Positions 8,866-16,702 of a DNA stretch of 32,000 bases are shown here, piece after piece. Position 1 is the stretch's first letter. Every line of letters starts with the position of its first letter. Source of the stretch: an uncultured Verrucomicrobiota bacterium (GTDB taxonomy: Bacteria; Verrucomicrobiota; Kiritimatiellia; CAIVKH01); NCBI GenBank assembly GCA_937996795.1, contig CALKUH010000012.1, forward strand, positions 84,144 to 116,143. Reading direction: 5' to 3'. The notes beneath the pieces were generated by a model, which made no database searches, had not been told where the DNA came from, and worked only from the letters and a program-made list of their open reading frames with translations. The position numbers were made by a program, and so were the translations under genes.

Positions 8866-10047
8866 TTACAGCTGCGTTCTCCAGCCCAACTCCACGCGGG
8901 TGCGATCGAAGTCGTTGCGGAGATCCGAGTTGAAATCAAGATACTGGATGGACGCTTCCAAGTAGTTCTTACGGTTCAGCATATAGCTCAACCGCGCGCT
9001 GCCCTGCATGACATCCTCATCCCCGTCCGTCGGGACCGTGTTCGGGTCGTCGATGGTCTGGTCGCCGTCGTATTGGCTGTTCTGGTAGCTGCCCGCAAGG
9101 AACAGCTGGATGCGTGCCGTCAGGTCGTGCGACAGGCTGATGTAGCTGAGCAGGCGGTCCTGGCTCGCGAACGGGAACACGTCGGCCTCAAACATCGAGT
9201 ACCCAACGCCGCCCGTGATGCGCGTCTTGGGCGACGGCAGATAGGTGAGGCTGATGTCGCCGAACGGCGCATTTTCGTCATCAATCGCGTCGTCATCGAA
9301 CGACTTGCTCTGGATGCCGCCGCGGACCGACCCGACCAGGTTGGGCGAGAAAATCTGCTCCAACCCGCCGCCGACAAAGATGCTCTCGGAACTGCGGTTT
9401 TCGGTGTCCGTATAGTCCGTCTGCTCCAGGCGCAGGTCGCCGGACAGGGCCGTCTCACGCTGCAACTGATGGCGCAACGTCACGCCCGCCGCCGCGATGT
9501 CGTAGTCGTCGGTCTCCGCCACCGCGTCCTCGTCATAGCGCAGGATCGTGTAGCGCCCGCCGACCTCGACGCGGGTCGGATCGCTCAAGCGATAGCCCAG
9601 CACGCCGTCGATGAGGTTGTAGGTGTAGTCGTCTTTTTCACGGACCACGGTGCCACGGTCGATCAACTCGGGCAGTTCGGCGATGCGCAGCGTGTTCTTT
9701 GCGTTCAGGGACAGGCGCGGGGTGAAATTGTGCGCGAACACGAGATCCGCCTCATGGTGGAAGTCCGTGTCGTCCGGATCGCGGTCGCCCCAGAAAATGA
9801 AGGTGGGGCGGTACCGGGCGCCAAAGAACGTCTGCTCCATGTCCATGTTGAGGAGTAGCTCGAGTTCCTCAATGATCTTGAAGCTGTCGGTTTTGTCCTT
9901 CTCGACCTCATAGACGTTGTCGTCCCAGCCGACGCGGAAGCGGTTCTTGATCTGGAAATTCTGCGCCGTCTCGGAGGCGGCAAAGCCGATCTGCGAGAGC
10001 ATCGCGCCGGTCAGCACGCCAGCGGCCGCGGTGGTAAGCCATTTCAT
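8866..10047 (-). CDS. Predicted outer-membrane beta-barrel protein associated with the polysaccharide export genes
   Basis: 393-aa ORF with signal peptide MKWLTTAAAGVLTGAMLSQIGFA. It is rich in alternating hydrophobic/polar strands and Asp/Gly/Asn turns (e.g. RLSLNAKNTLRIAE, RVEVGGRYTILRY, ALSGDLRLEQTDY). No enzymatic motif was seen. It ends RVELGWRTQL rather than with a canonical terminal Phe, so the barrel call is moderate. Confidence 0.6.
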   Translation of the reverse strand: MKWLTTAAAGVLTGAMLSQIGFAASETAQNFQIKNRFRVGWDDNVYEVEKDKTDSFKIIEELELLLNMDMEQTFFGARYRPTFIFWGDRDPDDTDFHHEADLVFAHNFTPRLSLNAKNTLRIAELPELIDRGTVVREKDDYTYNLIDGVLGYRLSDPTRVEVGGRYTILRYDEDAVAETDDYDIAAAGVTLRHQLQRETALSGDLRLEQTDYTDTENRSSESIFVGGGLEQIFSPNLVGSVRGGIQSKSFDDDAIDDENAPFGDISLTYLPSPKTRITGGVGYSMFEADVFPFASQDRLLSYISLSHDLTARIQLFLAGSYQNSQYDGDQTIDDPNTVPTDGDEDVMQGSARLSYMLNRKNYLEASIQYLDFNSDLRNDFDRTRVELGWRTQL

Positions 10048-10090
10048 ACGCCTGTCTCCTGGTCTGAAACCTGTCGTTTTCTCAAATCGC

Positions 10091-10795
10091 TCAGTTCGGG
10101 GTCATCGGGGGCGGCTCCGGCGGACGGCTGGGCCGGTTGATGATGGGCGGGATCTGGGGAAGATCGCGCTCGGTCAGCACGCGGCCCGACACGCGGCCCA
10201 ACGTCGAAAGGTCGGCGCCGATCTGCTGGTTGTCCGGCGGGTTGATGCGGGACAACTTGCCCAGCGGGTCCGTCGAGGTCACGATCGCCTCGGGTCCGAC
10301 CGGCTGCGGCAGCGGCTCCAGATTCTCAACAGCTTCACCGATGGTGCCGAAATCAATGCCGACGCTCTTCAGGTAGTTCACCCACGACTCGTCGTCGTCC
10401 GGGTTCTGCACTTCCGCCTGCTTGCCGAGCGCCAGCACGATGACGCGGGCGAGGTTGCCCATCGTCACGGTGCGTTCCTGGCTCCAGCCCTGCTTGGGCG
10501 AAATGCCGTTCTGCATCAACACCTGGAAGCACTCGAGGTCCGTGGGGGCGGCCGGCAGGAATCGCGAGAGGCCGAGCACGCGAACGAGCCACTGGGCAAA
10601 CTCGCCCTCGGTAACCAGCTTGGCGCGTTCTTCTTCAACCGGCGGCGCCGCTTTCTTCCGGGTGGACTTCGCCTTTGGCTTTTCGGCCTTTTCGGCTTTT
10701 TTCTCGTCCGCGGCGGGCGCCTCTTCCGCACGAACCGGAAGTCCGAGGGAAATCCCGCACACCGCAACCATCAGCCACGTCAAAAATCGCTTCAT
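10091..10795 (-). CDS. Secreted hypothetical protein with a Lys/Glu-rich N-terminal linker and a Pro-rich C-terminus
   Basis: The track ORF starts at 10825. The Met at 10795 (MKRFLTWLMVAVCGISLGLPVRA, a signal peptide) is preceded by AAGGAG (reverse complement of 10804-10809) 8 nt upstream. The protein has a low-complexity stretch EEAPAADEKKAEKAEKPKAKSTRKKAAPP and the tail INRPSRPPEPPPMTPN. Confidence 0.7.
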   Translation of the reverse strand: MKRFLTWLMVAVCGISLGLPVRAEEAPAADEKKAEKAEKPKAKSTRKKAAPPVEEERAKLVTEGEFAQWLVRVLGLSRFLPAAPTDLECFQVLMQNGISPKQGWSQERTVTMGNLARVIVLALGKQAEVQNPDDDESWVNYLKSVGIDFGTIGEAVENLEPLPQPVGPEAIVTSTDPLGKLSRINPPDNQQIGADLSTLGRVSGRVLTERDLPQIPPIINRPSRPPEPPPMTPN

Positions 10796-11001
10796 GGCCT
10801 GCTCTCCTTCACAATAAAAACCCATTCCGCACCACGCTTCGCGGCAGTTGGATAAACTCTACCCAAGATGACTGTGAACGTACAGCCCGGCGGAGGGAGG
10901 GGTCAACGCTTAAATCCGCCTGAAATTTAGGGATTTGTGAGGGAAGTGCCCGATTCAACGCAGGTTGCTATAACCGTGCAGTTCTGTTAGCGTGCCGCTC
11001 C

Positions 11002-12018
11002 ATGTCGAAAAAGACGTCGTACACCTTCCCGCTGAACCCGGAACAGCAAAAACGCTTAACCGAAGTGTTGCGTTCGGGCAATTACCGACCGCGCGAGACG
11101 CCCTATACGACCTTGTCCGTGGAGGGGCCGGATTGCAACATCGCGCTCTACACGAGCGGCAAGTGCGTCGTGCAGGGACAGGGTGCGGAGGACTGGGTCA
11201 CGTATACGCTGGAGCCCGAGGTCCTACAGGAAGCCCGGCTCGGCTACGAAACGGTGCATACCCCGGAGATGTTCCAGCCCCACCTCGGCGTGGACGAAAG
11301 CGGCAAGGGCGATTTCTTCGGACCGATGGTCATCGCCGCCGCCTATACCGATGAACGCATCGTGCCGGTTTTCCAGAAGCTCAATGTGCGCGACAGCAAG
11401 CAAATCACCAGCGACAGGAAGGCGGAGGAGCTGGCGGACGCCATCGCGGACGTGCTCGGCGACCGCTACGCGCTGGTAACCATCGGGCCGCGCGCCTACA
11501 ACCGCCTGTATGCGAAGATGCGCAGCGTGAACCGCATCCTGGCCTGGGGCCATGCGCGCGCCATCGAGGACCTGCTCGCCAAGGTGCCACATACGCCGCG
11601 CGCCGTGTCGGACCAGTTCGGACCGACGGCGCAGATCGAACGCGCGCTGCTGAAGAAGGGCCGCGAAATCAAACTGGAGCAGCGCCCGCGCGCCGAGTCC
11701 GATCCCGCCGTCGCCGCGGCCTCCATCCTGGCGCGCGCCGCCTTCCTGCGCGCGCTGCGCGACATGCAGAAGAAATTCGGCGTCGTGATTCCCAAAGGCG
11801 CGTCGGCGCAGGTCCGTGAGACCGCGCAGGGCATCGTGAAGCAGCACGGCGCAACCGCGCTGCTCGACATCGCGAAATGCCACTTCAAAACGGCGGATGA
11901 CGTGCTCGGGGCCGTCGGCCAGTCGCGCGCGGCGCTCGGGCCCGAAGGCGCGGCGACTTCCCAGCCGAAGGCCGACTGGGCCGCGATCCGCAAGAAGCAG
12001 CGGGAGGCCGGCGCATGA
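11002..12018 (+). CDS. rnhC: Ribonuclease HIII
   Basis: 338-aa ORF. It has an N-terminal RNase HIII-specific domain (FPLNPEQQKRLTEVL...CNIALYTSGKCVVQG) followed by the catalytic motif HLGVDESGKGDFFGPMVIAAAY and DSKQITS. Its stop overlaps the start of the next gene (ATGA at 12015). Confidence 0.9.
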   Translation: MSKKTSYTFPLNPEQQKRLTEVLRSGNYRPRETPYTTLSVEGPDCNIALYTSGKCVVQGQGAEDWVTYTLEPEVLQEARLGYETVHTPEMFQPHLGVDESGKGDFFGPMVIAAAYTDERIVPVFQKLNVRDSKQITSDRKAEELADAIADVLGDRYALVTIGPRAYNRLYAKMRSVNRILAWGHARAIEDLLAKVPHTPRAVSDQFGPTAQIERALLKKGREIKLEQRPRAESDPAVAAASILARAAFLRALRDMQKKFGVVIPKGASAQVRETAQGIVKQHGATALLDIAKCHFKTADDVLGAVGQSRAALGPEGAATSQPKADWAAIRKKQREAGA

Positions 12019-12872
12019 AACTGGTTCGCTTCGGCGATCCCGGGCAGGAGCGGCCGGGCGTATGGCTCGAGGACCGCGGCACGCCCGAGATCCTTGACGT
12101 GCGCGGCATGGCGTTCGACATCGCCGACTATGACGCCCATTTTTTTACACACTGGGGCCTCGACCGCGTGCGCGGCCTGCTGCGCGAGCACCAGCAAAAA
12201 CGCATCCCCGCCGCCGGCGTTCGCCTCGGCCCTCCGGTGGCCCCGCCCGCAAATCTCATCTGCGTCGGAAAGAACTACGCCGATCACGCGGCAGAGTTCG
12301 ACGGCAAGCCGCCGACCGAGCCGATCCTCTTCGCGAAGGCCCCCACCACGCTCATCGGCCCGCACGACACCATCCGCCTCCCGGAGGGATTCACCGACGT
12401 GGACGCCGAGGCCGAACTCGCCGTCGTCATCGGCGCGCCCGCGCACCGGGTGGCGGAGGCGGACGCCCTTCGCCATGTCGCCGGCTATACCGCGCTCAAC
12501 GACGTCACCGAGCGGCGCGCCCAGCGCGCGGCGGGGCAATGGTTCCGCGGCAAGAGCTTCGACACCTTTTGTCCGCTCGGCCCCTGGCTGGTCACCGCCG
12601 ATGAACTTCCCGACCCGCAGACCTTGCGCGTCGCCTCGCGTCTCAACGGAACCCTCCTGCAGGACGGCCACACGCGCGACATGCTCTTCCCCGTCGCGCA
12701 CCTCATCGCCTACATCTCCGCCACGCTGACCCTGCACCCCGGCGACGTCATCGCCACCGGCACCCCCGCCGGCGTCGGCTTCGCCCGCACCCCGCCCGTG
12801 CTGCTGCGCGGGGGCGACATCATCGAGATCGACGTTGAGCGGGTGGGCGTCTTGCGGAACCGGGTGGGCTGA
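12015..12872 (+). CDS. Fumarylacetoacetate hydrolase (FAH) family protein
   Basis: 285-aa ORF: MKLVRFGDPGQERPGVWLEDRG..., ICVGKNYADHAAE, EAELAVVIG, YTALNDVTER, GKSFDTFCPLGPWLVT, GDVIATGTPAGVG. This is the typical FAH-fold C-terminal domain. Confidence 0.88.
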   Translation: MKLVRFGDPGQERPGVWLEDRGTPEILDVRGMAFDIADYDAHFFTHWGLDRVRGLLREHQQKRIPAAGVRLGPPVAPPANLICVGKNYADHAAEFDGKPPTEPILFAKAPTTLIGPHDTIRLPEGFTDVDAEAELAVVIGAPAHRVAEADALRHVAGYTALNDVTERRAQRAAGQWFRGKSFDTFCPLGPWLVTADELPDPQTLRVASRLNGTLLQDGHTRDMLFPVAHLIAYISATLTLHPGDVIATGTPAGVGFARTPPVLLRGGDIIEIDVERVGVLRNRVG

Positions 12873-12881
12873 ATCTTTGTG

Positions 12882-12902
12882 GACGCGACCGCTGGTCGCG
12901 TT
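12882..12902 (+). terminator. Weak hairpin downstream of the FAH gene
   Basis: CGCGACC-gct-GGTCGCG (7-bp GC stem, 12884-12900) followed only by TTCC, a poor U-tract. Confidence 0.3.
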
Positions 12903-12932
12903 CCGACGCGGTCACTCCACGCTTAAATGCGA

Positions 12933-12958
12933 AAGGGATGACGTTGCCGTCATCCCTT
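12933..12958 (-). terminator. Perfect 11-bp hairpin in the convergent gap between the FAH gene and HU, the likely HU terminator
   Basis: AAGGGATGACG-ttgc-CGTCATCCCTT read directly, lying 23 nt beyond the HU stop codon. The trailing sequence on the minus strand (UUCGCAUUUAAG) is only moderately U-rich. Confidence 0.5.
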
Positions 12959-12980
12959 GCGCACTTAACCAGCGATCGAC

Positions 12981-13262
12981 TTACTTCTTGCCGAGGATCG
13001 CATCCTTCGCGGCTTTCGCCACGCGGAACTTGACGACCTTCTTGGCCGGAATCTTGATCGCTTCGCCCGTCGCCGGGTTGCGGCCCATGCGCGCCTTGCG
13101 CTGAACCAGCACCAGCTTGCCCAGGCCCGGGATCACGAAGCTGTTCTTCGCTTCCTTGTAGGCCAGCGTGGCCAGCGCTTCAAAAAACGCGCCCGCCTGC
13201 TTCTTCGTGATGCCAACCGATTCGGCCAACTTGGCCGCGGTCTGCGATTTGGTCAGTGCCAT
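12981..13262 (-). CDS. hup: HU/IHF-family DNA-binding protein
   Basis: 93-aa ORF: MALTKSQTAAKLAESVGITKKQAGAFFEAL...RKARMGRNPATGEAIKIPAKKVVKFRVAKAAKDAI, the canonical HU arm motif. AGGAGG lies 9 nt upstream of the ATG. Confidence 0.92.
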   Translation of the reverse strand: MALTKSQTAAKLAESVGITKKQAGAFFEALATLAYKEAKNSFVIPGLGKLVLVQRKARMGRNPATGEAIKIPAKKVVKFRVAKAAKDAILGKK

Positions 13263-13316
13263 GTGTACTCGCCTCCTGTTTCGTTAGATCGCGTTTTTGC
13301 GTCTAAACTCGCGCTC

Positions 13317-13362
13317 ATATTGCGCGCGCGCCCCTGTAAAACAAGCGTTTTTTTTGATTTTT
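13317..13362 (-). promoter_or_regulatory. Putative sigma70-type promoter of the HU gene with an upstream A-tract (UP-element-like)
   Basis: The minus strand reads AAAAATCAAAAAAAACGC-TTGTTT-N16-CAATAT. The -35 is at 13339-13344, the -10 at 13317-13322 and the A-tract at 13348-13362. This is a hexamer match by eye only. Confidence 0.3.
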
Positions 13363-13384
13363 GCGGGGAGCGGCGCGGAGAAAA

Positions 13385-13927
13385 TCACGCCAGCAAGCCG
13401 GCGGCCACACGTTGCGCCGTCGCCGCGCTGTCCACGCGCCGCACAATTTCCAGCGCAAAGGCCATGCTCGTTCCGGGCCCCTGGCTGGTGATGAGATGAT
13501 CGTCCACCACGACGCGCTCGTTCACGCGCTTCGCCGCGGTGAGTTGCTCAGCGGCGGTCGGATAGCACGTGACGCGGCGCCCCGCGAGGATGCCGGCCTC
13601 CTGCAATACCAGCGGCCCCGCGCACACGGCGCACACCCATCGACGCGCCTGGTGCATCGCGCGAATCGCGTCGAGCACGCGCGGATCCGCGCTCAATTTG
13701 TGCACGCCGCCCAGCCCGCCGGGCACAACGATCGCATCGAAATCCAGCGGATTCACCGCATCCAGCGCCGCATCGGGCACGAGCTTCACGCCGCGCGACG
13801 CCGTCAGCGCGCCGTCCCGCAACCCCGCGGCCACGACCTGGAACTCCGCGCGGCGCAACACGTCGATCACCGTCACGGCTTCGATTTCCTCACACCCCTC
13901 GGCCAGCAACACGAGTGCTTTTTTCAT
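13385..13927 (-). CDS. DJ-1/PfpI (ThiJ/YajL) family protein
   Basis: 180-aa ORF: MKKALVLLAEGCEEIEAVTVIDVLRRA..., FDAIVVPGGLGG, and the nucleophile elbow VCAVCAGPLVL. Confidence 0.9.
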   Translation of the reverse strand: MKKALVLLAEGCEEIEAVTVIDVLRRAEFQVVAAGLRDGALTASRGVKLVPDAALDAVNPLDFDAIVVPGGLGGVHKLSADPRVLDAIRAMHQARRWVCAVCAGPLVLQEAGILAGRRVTCYPTAAEQLTAAKRVNERVVVDDHLITSQGPGTSMAFALEIVRRVDSAATAQRVAAGLLA

Positions 13928-13936
13928 GGCCCCAGT

Positions 13937-15133
13937 CTACAGGATTCGCACCGTCACGTCGCGCTCTTCCTTCCGCGCCCGCTGCGGGGCGGCAGCCGCC
14001 GACGGCTTGCCCGGCGCCATCACCACGTAGCCGGGATCGAACGTCCACGCGGGAAACGTTCGCACGCGTTCGCGCTCCTCCGCACTCAGCGGCATCATCG
14101 TAAAGAGCGGAAGAATCGGCCGCCCATTCGCCTCGACGGGATACTGCACACCCTCCTGCTGCAACAGCAGCACGCCGCCCACGCGGCCGCCCGGATGCTC
14201 GCCGACCAGGATGTCGATGCGCGTCGGCTGGTCATCCGGCAGCGCGACCCAATCGCCGTACACGAGCGGCTTGCCTGCGAAACAGGGGTGCGCGTCCACA
14301 AAATCCGAGGGCGCCCACGGACTCGGATCGCCGGTCCACAGGAACTCCAGCACGGTGCGCCCGTTGATCGCCACCACGAGCAGGTCGTCGAACATGCCCA
14401 CGAAGCGGAACCGTCCGCCGGTCCGCGGCTGGAGTTCGCCCGTGTAGTGCACCACCCACTGCGTCGGCTCCATGAGATCCTGCACGCCGAACGCCGCCGG
14501 GCCCGTCGTCGCGGCGCTGTAGGGCACAAACAAATGCGAGAGATAGAGGCGGCGCGGCAACCGGTGGAAACCGGAGAAGGCCTGCGGCTTCATGCGGCCG
14601 CCCAGGATCGTGCGCACGTCTTCCACATACGACCGGCTGACGCGCAGCGCGCCTTTGGCATCGCGTTTCAAATCATACATCGTGCCGACCAGGTCGCCCT
14701 CCAGCCGATCGCTGAACCCGAACGCCGTGCCGCCCTTGCGCGCGTCGACGGCCGCCCATGACGCATCCGGAACCAGCGGCAGGTCGGACAACACGCGCCG
14801 GGAAATTTCCACGTCGCTCTGCAACGCCGGCGCTTCGATCTCGGACTCCAGTGCGACGGCGAGTTCCGGCGGACGCGGCAGCTCATCCAGATTCCGGGGC
14901 GCCTCCTCCGGGCTGGGTTCCGGCGCGGGATCCAACGCGAACAGCTCGTCCTTCACATAGTCGAACTCGACGTCCGGCTGCGGCGTCAGCGTCCCGCGCG
15001 CCACCGCGAAGCGGATCAGCACGAGCGCCAGCACCGCATGAAACAGCACGGAAACCGCGCCGGGCAGCGCCCGCTTCAGGCGCCCGCGCCACACCGGCCG
15101 GCCCGCGTTCACAGGCATCGCATGGTCCGTCAT
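13937..15133 (-). CDS. Membrane-anchored protein with a C-terminal PA14-like beta-sandwich
   Basis: The track ORF (13937..16363, 808 aa) has a spurious N-terminal half antisense to the WbaP gene. The real start is MTDHAMPV (ATG 15133) with AAGGAG 6 nt upstream. It has one TM (AVSVLFHAVLALVLIRFAV), an acidic/Pro linker, then WVVHYTGELQPRTGGRFRFVGMFDDLLVVAINGRTVLEF, which matches the PA14 core pattern. It lies 9 nt upstream of the DJ-1 gene. Confidence 0.7.
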   Translation of the reverse strand: MTDHAMPVNAGRPVWRGRLKRALPGAVSVLFHAVLALVLIRFAVARGTLTPQPDVEFDYVKDELFALDPAPEPSPEEAPRNLDELPRPPELAVALESEIEAPALQSDVEISRRVLSDLPLVPDASWAAVDARKGGTAFGFSDRLEGDLVGTMYDLKRDAKGALRVSRSYVEDVRTILGGRMKPQAFSGFHRLPRRLYLSHLFVPYSAATTGPAAFGVQDLMEPTQWVVHYTGELQPRTGGRFRFVGMFDDLLVVAINGRTVLEFLWTGDPSPWAPSDFVDAHPCFAGKPLVYGDWVALPDDQPTRIDILVGEHPGGRVGGVLLLQQEGVQYPVEANGRPILPLFTMMPLSAEERERVRTFPAWTFDPGYVVMAPGKPSAAAAPQRARKEERDVTVRIL

Positions 15134-15241
15134 GTTGGTCTCCTTAACAGGACAACGCGCGAGCCGCCGATTCCTTGGAACTTTTTTGCCGGACCCGGCC
15201 CGCGCTTTCCCATGTTCGCGCGGGCGGCAACTCGCTAGACT

Positions 15242-16660
15242 GTGGGGTTTATGCGAACACGGGACAGCTTTGACGCCAAAACCAGCCTTGTGGCCGTCGT
15301 CGCCGACGCCATTGCCGTCTTCGCGGGCTTCCTGCTCGCGGTGTGGATCCGCTTCGATTCCGGCTGGCTCGAGGTCACCCGCGGGCATCCCCCGCGCCAC
15401 ATGTATCTCTATGCCGCCATCGTGGTGACCATCCTGCTGCTGTTCATCTTCCGCTCGCTGGGGCTCTACCAGCGGCCGCAGTACGGCCACTTCATCGACA
15501 AGATCCCGCGCATCGTGCGCGCCTGCGGCTTCGGCGTGCTGCTTGCCATGGCGCTCGCGTTCGTCATCCAGATCGACCCGCCGTTCTCGCGTCTCGCCAC
15601 CGCCATCGCGCTGGCGACGGTCACGCTGTTTGTCGTGCTCGAACGAAACATTCTCTTCGCCTGCGAGCGGCATTGGGCGAAATACCAGGCCGCCAAGCGG
15701 CGCATCGTCCTCATCGGCGCCGGCCCGCTGGCCGCGCGCCTGCGCCACAAGCTGGAAGGCGAACCGCGCCGGCGCTGCCGCGTCGCGGCGTGCATCGCGC
15801 TGCCCGGCGAAACGCCGGATCCGGATTTGCCGTCCTCCCTCGTCACCCCCTCGCTGGAGCACCTGCCCGCGCTGCTGCAACAGGAGGCCGTGGATGCCGT
15901 GGTGGTGACCCGCCCCTCCGCGCTTTCGCAGGAGCAACTGGTCGACCTCATGCTGCACTGCGAGCGGAATCTCGCCGACTTCCTGATGGTGCCGGACCTG
16001 TTCCGCCTGCTCACCAGCCAGGTGGACATGCAAAACGTCGATGAAATCCCGCTGATCGGCGTCGGCAAATGGCCGCTCGACCATTTCTGGAACCGCATGC
16101 TGAAACGCGGCGAGGACATCGCGGGCGCGCTCACCGGCCTCATCCTTTCGGCCCCGGTCATCGCGTTCGCCGCCGCGGCCATCAAGGCGACCTCGCCCGG
16201 CCCCGTGTTCTACAAGCAGGAGCGCTGCGGCGAAAAGGGCCGCGTCTTCACGCTCTACAAACTGCGCACGATGCGCGTGGACGCCGAGGCGGAAACCGGT
16301 CCTGTGTGGACGGCGCCCGACGATCCCCGCCGGACCAAACTCGGCGCCTTCCTCCGCCAGCACAACATCGACGAGTTACCGCAGTTCTGGAACGTGCTGA
16401 AAGGCGAGATGAGCCTCGTCGGCCCGCGCCCCGAACGCCCGCATTTCGTCGAGCAGTTCAAGGACGACATCAACCGCTACATGTGGCGCCACGTCCACAA
16501 GCCCGGCGTCACCGGCTGGGCCCAGGTCAACGGCTACCGGGGCCAGACCGACCTGCAGAAACGCATCGAGCTCGACCTCTGGTACCTCGAAAACTGGTCC
16601 CTCGCCCTCGACTTCAAAATCCTGCTCCGCACCTTCTTCGCGAAGAAGAACGCGTACTGA
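15242..16660 (+). CDS. Polyprenyl-phosphate hexose-1-phosphate transferase (WbaP/EpsB-type initiating phosphoglycosyl transferase)
   Basis: 472-aa ORF. It has N-terminal TM helices, a central Rossmann-like [11 protein letters not shown], and the C-terminal bacterial sugar transferase domain [31 protein letters not shown]...[24 protein letters not shown]...[12 protein letters not shown]. The track start is GTG at 15242; ATG at 15251 is an alternative. Confidence 0.9.
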   Translation: MGFMRTRDSFDAKTSLVAVVADAIAVFAGFLLAVWIRFDSGWLEVTRGHPPRHMYLYAAIVVTILLLFIFRSLGLYQRPQYGHFIDKIPRIVRACGFGVLLAMALAFVIQIDPPFSRLATAIALATVTLFVVLERNILFACERHWAKYQAAKRRIVLIGAGPLAARLRHKLEGEPRRRCRVAACIALPGETPDPDLPSSLVTPSLEHLPALLQQEAVDAVVVTRPSALSQEQLVDLMLHCERNLADFLMVPDLFRLLTSQVDMQNVDEIPLIGVGKWPLDHFWNRMLKRGEDIAGALTGLILSAPVIAFAAAAIKATSPGPVFYKQERCGEKGRVFTLYKLRTMRVDAEAETGPVWTAPDDPRRTKLGAFLRQHNIDELPQFWNVLKGEMSLVGPRPERPHFVEQFKDDINRYMWRHVHKPGVTGWAQVNGYRGQTDLQKRIELDLWYLENWSLALDFKILLRTFFAKKNAY

Positions 16661-16702
16661 GTCCCGCGCGCAATCCGCAATCCGATATCCGGAATGGTTT
16701 CG

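Noticed and set aside
4081-8933. + strand ORFs 4081..5988 (635 aa) and 7158..8933 (591 aa), plus 8752..9858 (368 aa)
   Set aside because: They are mirror images of the O-antigen-ligase-like, Wzc and beta-barrel genes. They are Arg/His/Gln/Asp-rich with no TM or P-loop logic.
10091-10795. Possible SLH (S-layer homology) domain in the operon-leading secreted protein (EGEFAQWLVRVLGL)
   Set aside because: The resemblance is only to a single helix. The conserved SLH pattern was not recognisable by eye.
11496-12737. 413-aa minus-strand ORF across rnhC and the FAH gene
   Set aside because: It spans two well-supported + strand genes, including their 4-nt overlap. It has shadow composition.
13361-14761. 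466-aa + strand ORF across the DJ-1 and PA14-like genes
   Set aside because: It is antisense to two genes with clear motifs (CAGP nucleophile elbow, PA14 core). It is Arg/His/Ala-rich.
15134-16363. N-terminal 409 codons of track ORF 13937..16363 (808 aa)
   Set aside because: This part is antisense to the WbaP-type gene. An internal Met at 15133 with a strong AAGGAG and a following TM helix marks the real start.
16671-16684. Tandem heptamer caatccg-caatccg and a 4-bp hairpin in the 42-nt convergent gap between the WbaP gene and the giant gene
   Set aside because: It is too short to distinguish from chance, and there is no convincing stem/U-tract terminator.
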